Assembly (NCBI GenBank): GCA_963663035.1 | Contig: OY760074.1 | Span: forward strand, 832,001-896,000 | Reading direction: 5' to 3' | Length of the DNA stretch: 64,000 bases | Source: Acidobacteriota bacterium | GTDB taxonomy: Bacteria > Acidobacteriota > UBA6911 > RPQK01 > JADFOI01 | Shown: positions 63,310 to 64,000 of the stretch, piece after piece | Layout of the letters: each line of letters starts with the position of its first letter | Numbering within the stretch: position 1 is the stretch's first letter | The notes under the pieces: generated by a model | The model's database searches: none | What the model saw: only the letters and a program-made list of their open reading frames with translations | What the model was told of the DNA's origin: nothing | Translations under genes and position numbers: made by a program

Positions 63310-64000
63310 ATGGCTCGGGTAAACATCCTCAAACGCTTCAAAACTGACCATCGCTGGAAGATGGTCTCCATCCCCCGGAATCGTAATGGTAACTACAACT
63401 GGAAGGCGCTGCCGGAAGGGCGCTACTACATCGAATGGTACGCGGGTGGAAAGCGTAAGCGGCAGGCAGCCGGTGTTACGGCCGCAGGAGCCCTGGAGGC
63501 GGCGCGGCGCAAGCGCCATGAGATGGAAGGGAAGGCGCTCGGAGCCCCTGGGTATGGCGACAAAGAGGAGGAATCTCGACGCACACCCCTTCATTTGGCG
63601 GTCAAGCACTATCTTGATGTGGTGGAGGGGCTAAAAAAGCCCAACACGGTTCGGAAGTACCGCACCGTCCTGGAGCGGTTCTTGGAGTTTTTCTCGGGCA
63701 AGGCAACCGCACAAAGTATCACGCCTGATGATCTGAACGAGTTTATGGTGCACCTGAAGAACAAAAAGCGTCTGGGAAATAACTCGGTCATTCACAACAT
63801 GGTGATTGTGGCGCAGTTCATGCGAAAGCAGGGGCGGCCGGGACTGACGCGCCAGATTGATCTACCGCAGAAGGTGGCAGCACTGCCCCAAGACTATTCT
63901 GATAAAGAGTTGCGTGGGTTCTTCGACGTGTGTGATTCCTGGGAGAGAACCCTTTTTTCCACCTTTCTTTTCACGGGATTTCGGGAGCGGGAGGTGATGC
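63310..64000 (+). CDS. tyrosine recombinase/integrase (3'-partial)
   Basis: GGAGG SD; arm-binding-like N-terminus (YYIEWYAGGKRKR), core-binding region (PNTVRKY), catalytic FTGFRERE; open to the window edge. Confidence 0.9.
   Translation, partial: MARVNILKRFKTDHRWKMVSIPRNRNGNYNWKALPEGRYYIEWYAGGKRKRQAAGVTAAGALEAARRKRHEMEGKALGAPGYGDKEEESRRTPLHLAVKHYLDVVEGLKKPNTVRKYRTVLERFLEFFSGKATAQSITPDDLNEFMVHLKNKKRLGNNSVIHNMVIVAQFMRKQGRPGLTRQIDLPQKVAALPQDYSDKELRGFFDVCDSWERTLFSTFLFTGFREREVM

Overview
64-kb bacterial chromosomal window of moderate GC. The gene order (yicC-gmk-rpoZ-coaBC-era-udg-priA; kdsB-pyrG-kdsA-kdsD-kdsC) and protein families suggest Acidobacteriota (inference). Most of it is housekeeping: an RpoD-type sigma factor, MsrAB, manC/PGI-PMI/PMM, dapF, icd, mdh, lysA, a surface-polysaccharide cluster, tsaD, mtnA, msbA, Kdo synthesis and metH. 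There are two accessory zones. (i) A decayed island at about 10.0-15.9 kb lies next to the 3' end of tRNA-Val(TAC). It holds an intact IS110/IS1111-type element whose ends, CT core and empty site can be reconstructed. Its non-coding end contains readable bridge/seek-RNA target and donor guides, apparently programmed against DNA encoding the 'DLLRR' part of the DPRFxDLLRRMN protein C-terminal motif. (ii) At the right edge, a tRNA-Gly-like gene stops right after U33 and is followed by a tyrosine integrase. Also present: a modular MITE family (4 copies plus 2 end-to-end footprints), heptamer-repeat hairpins, many apparently leaderless genes, and several atypical enzymes (Ser/Ser DapF, bacilliredoxin-rhodanese fusion, HxxER M16 protein, a PMM gene with no canonical start codon). 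All calls come from reading motifs by eye; no searches were run.
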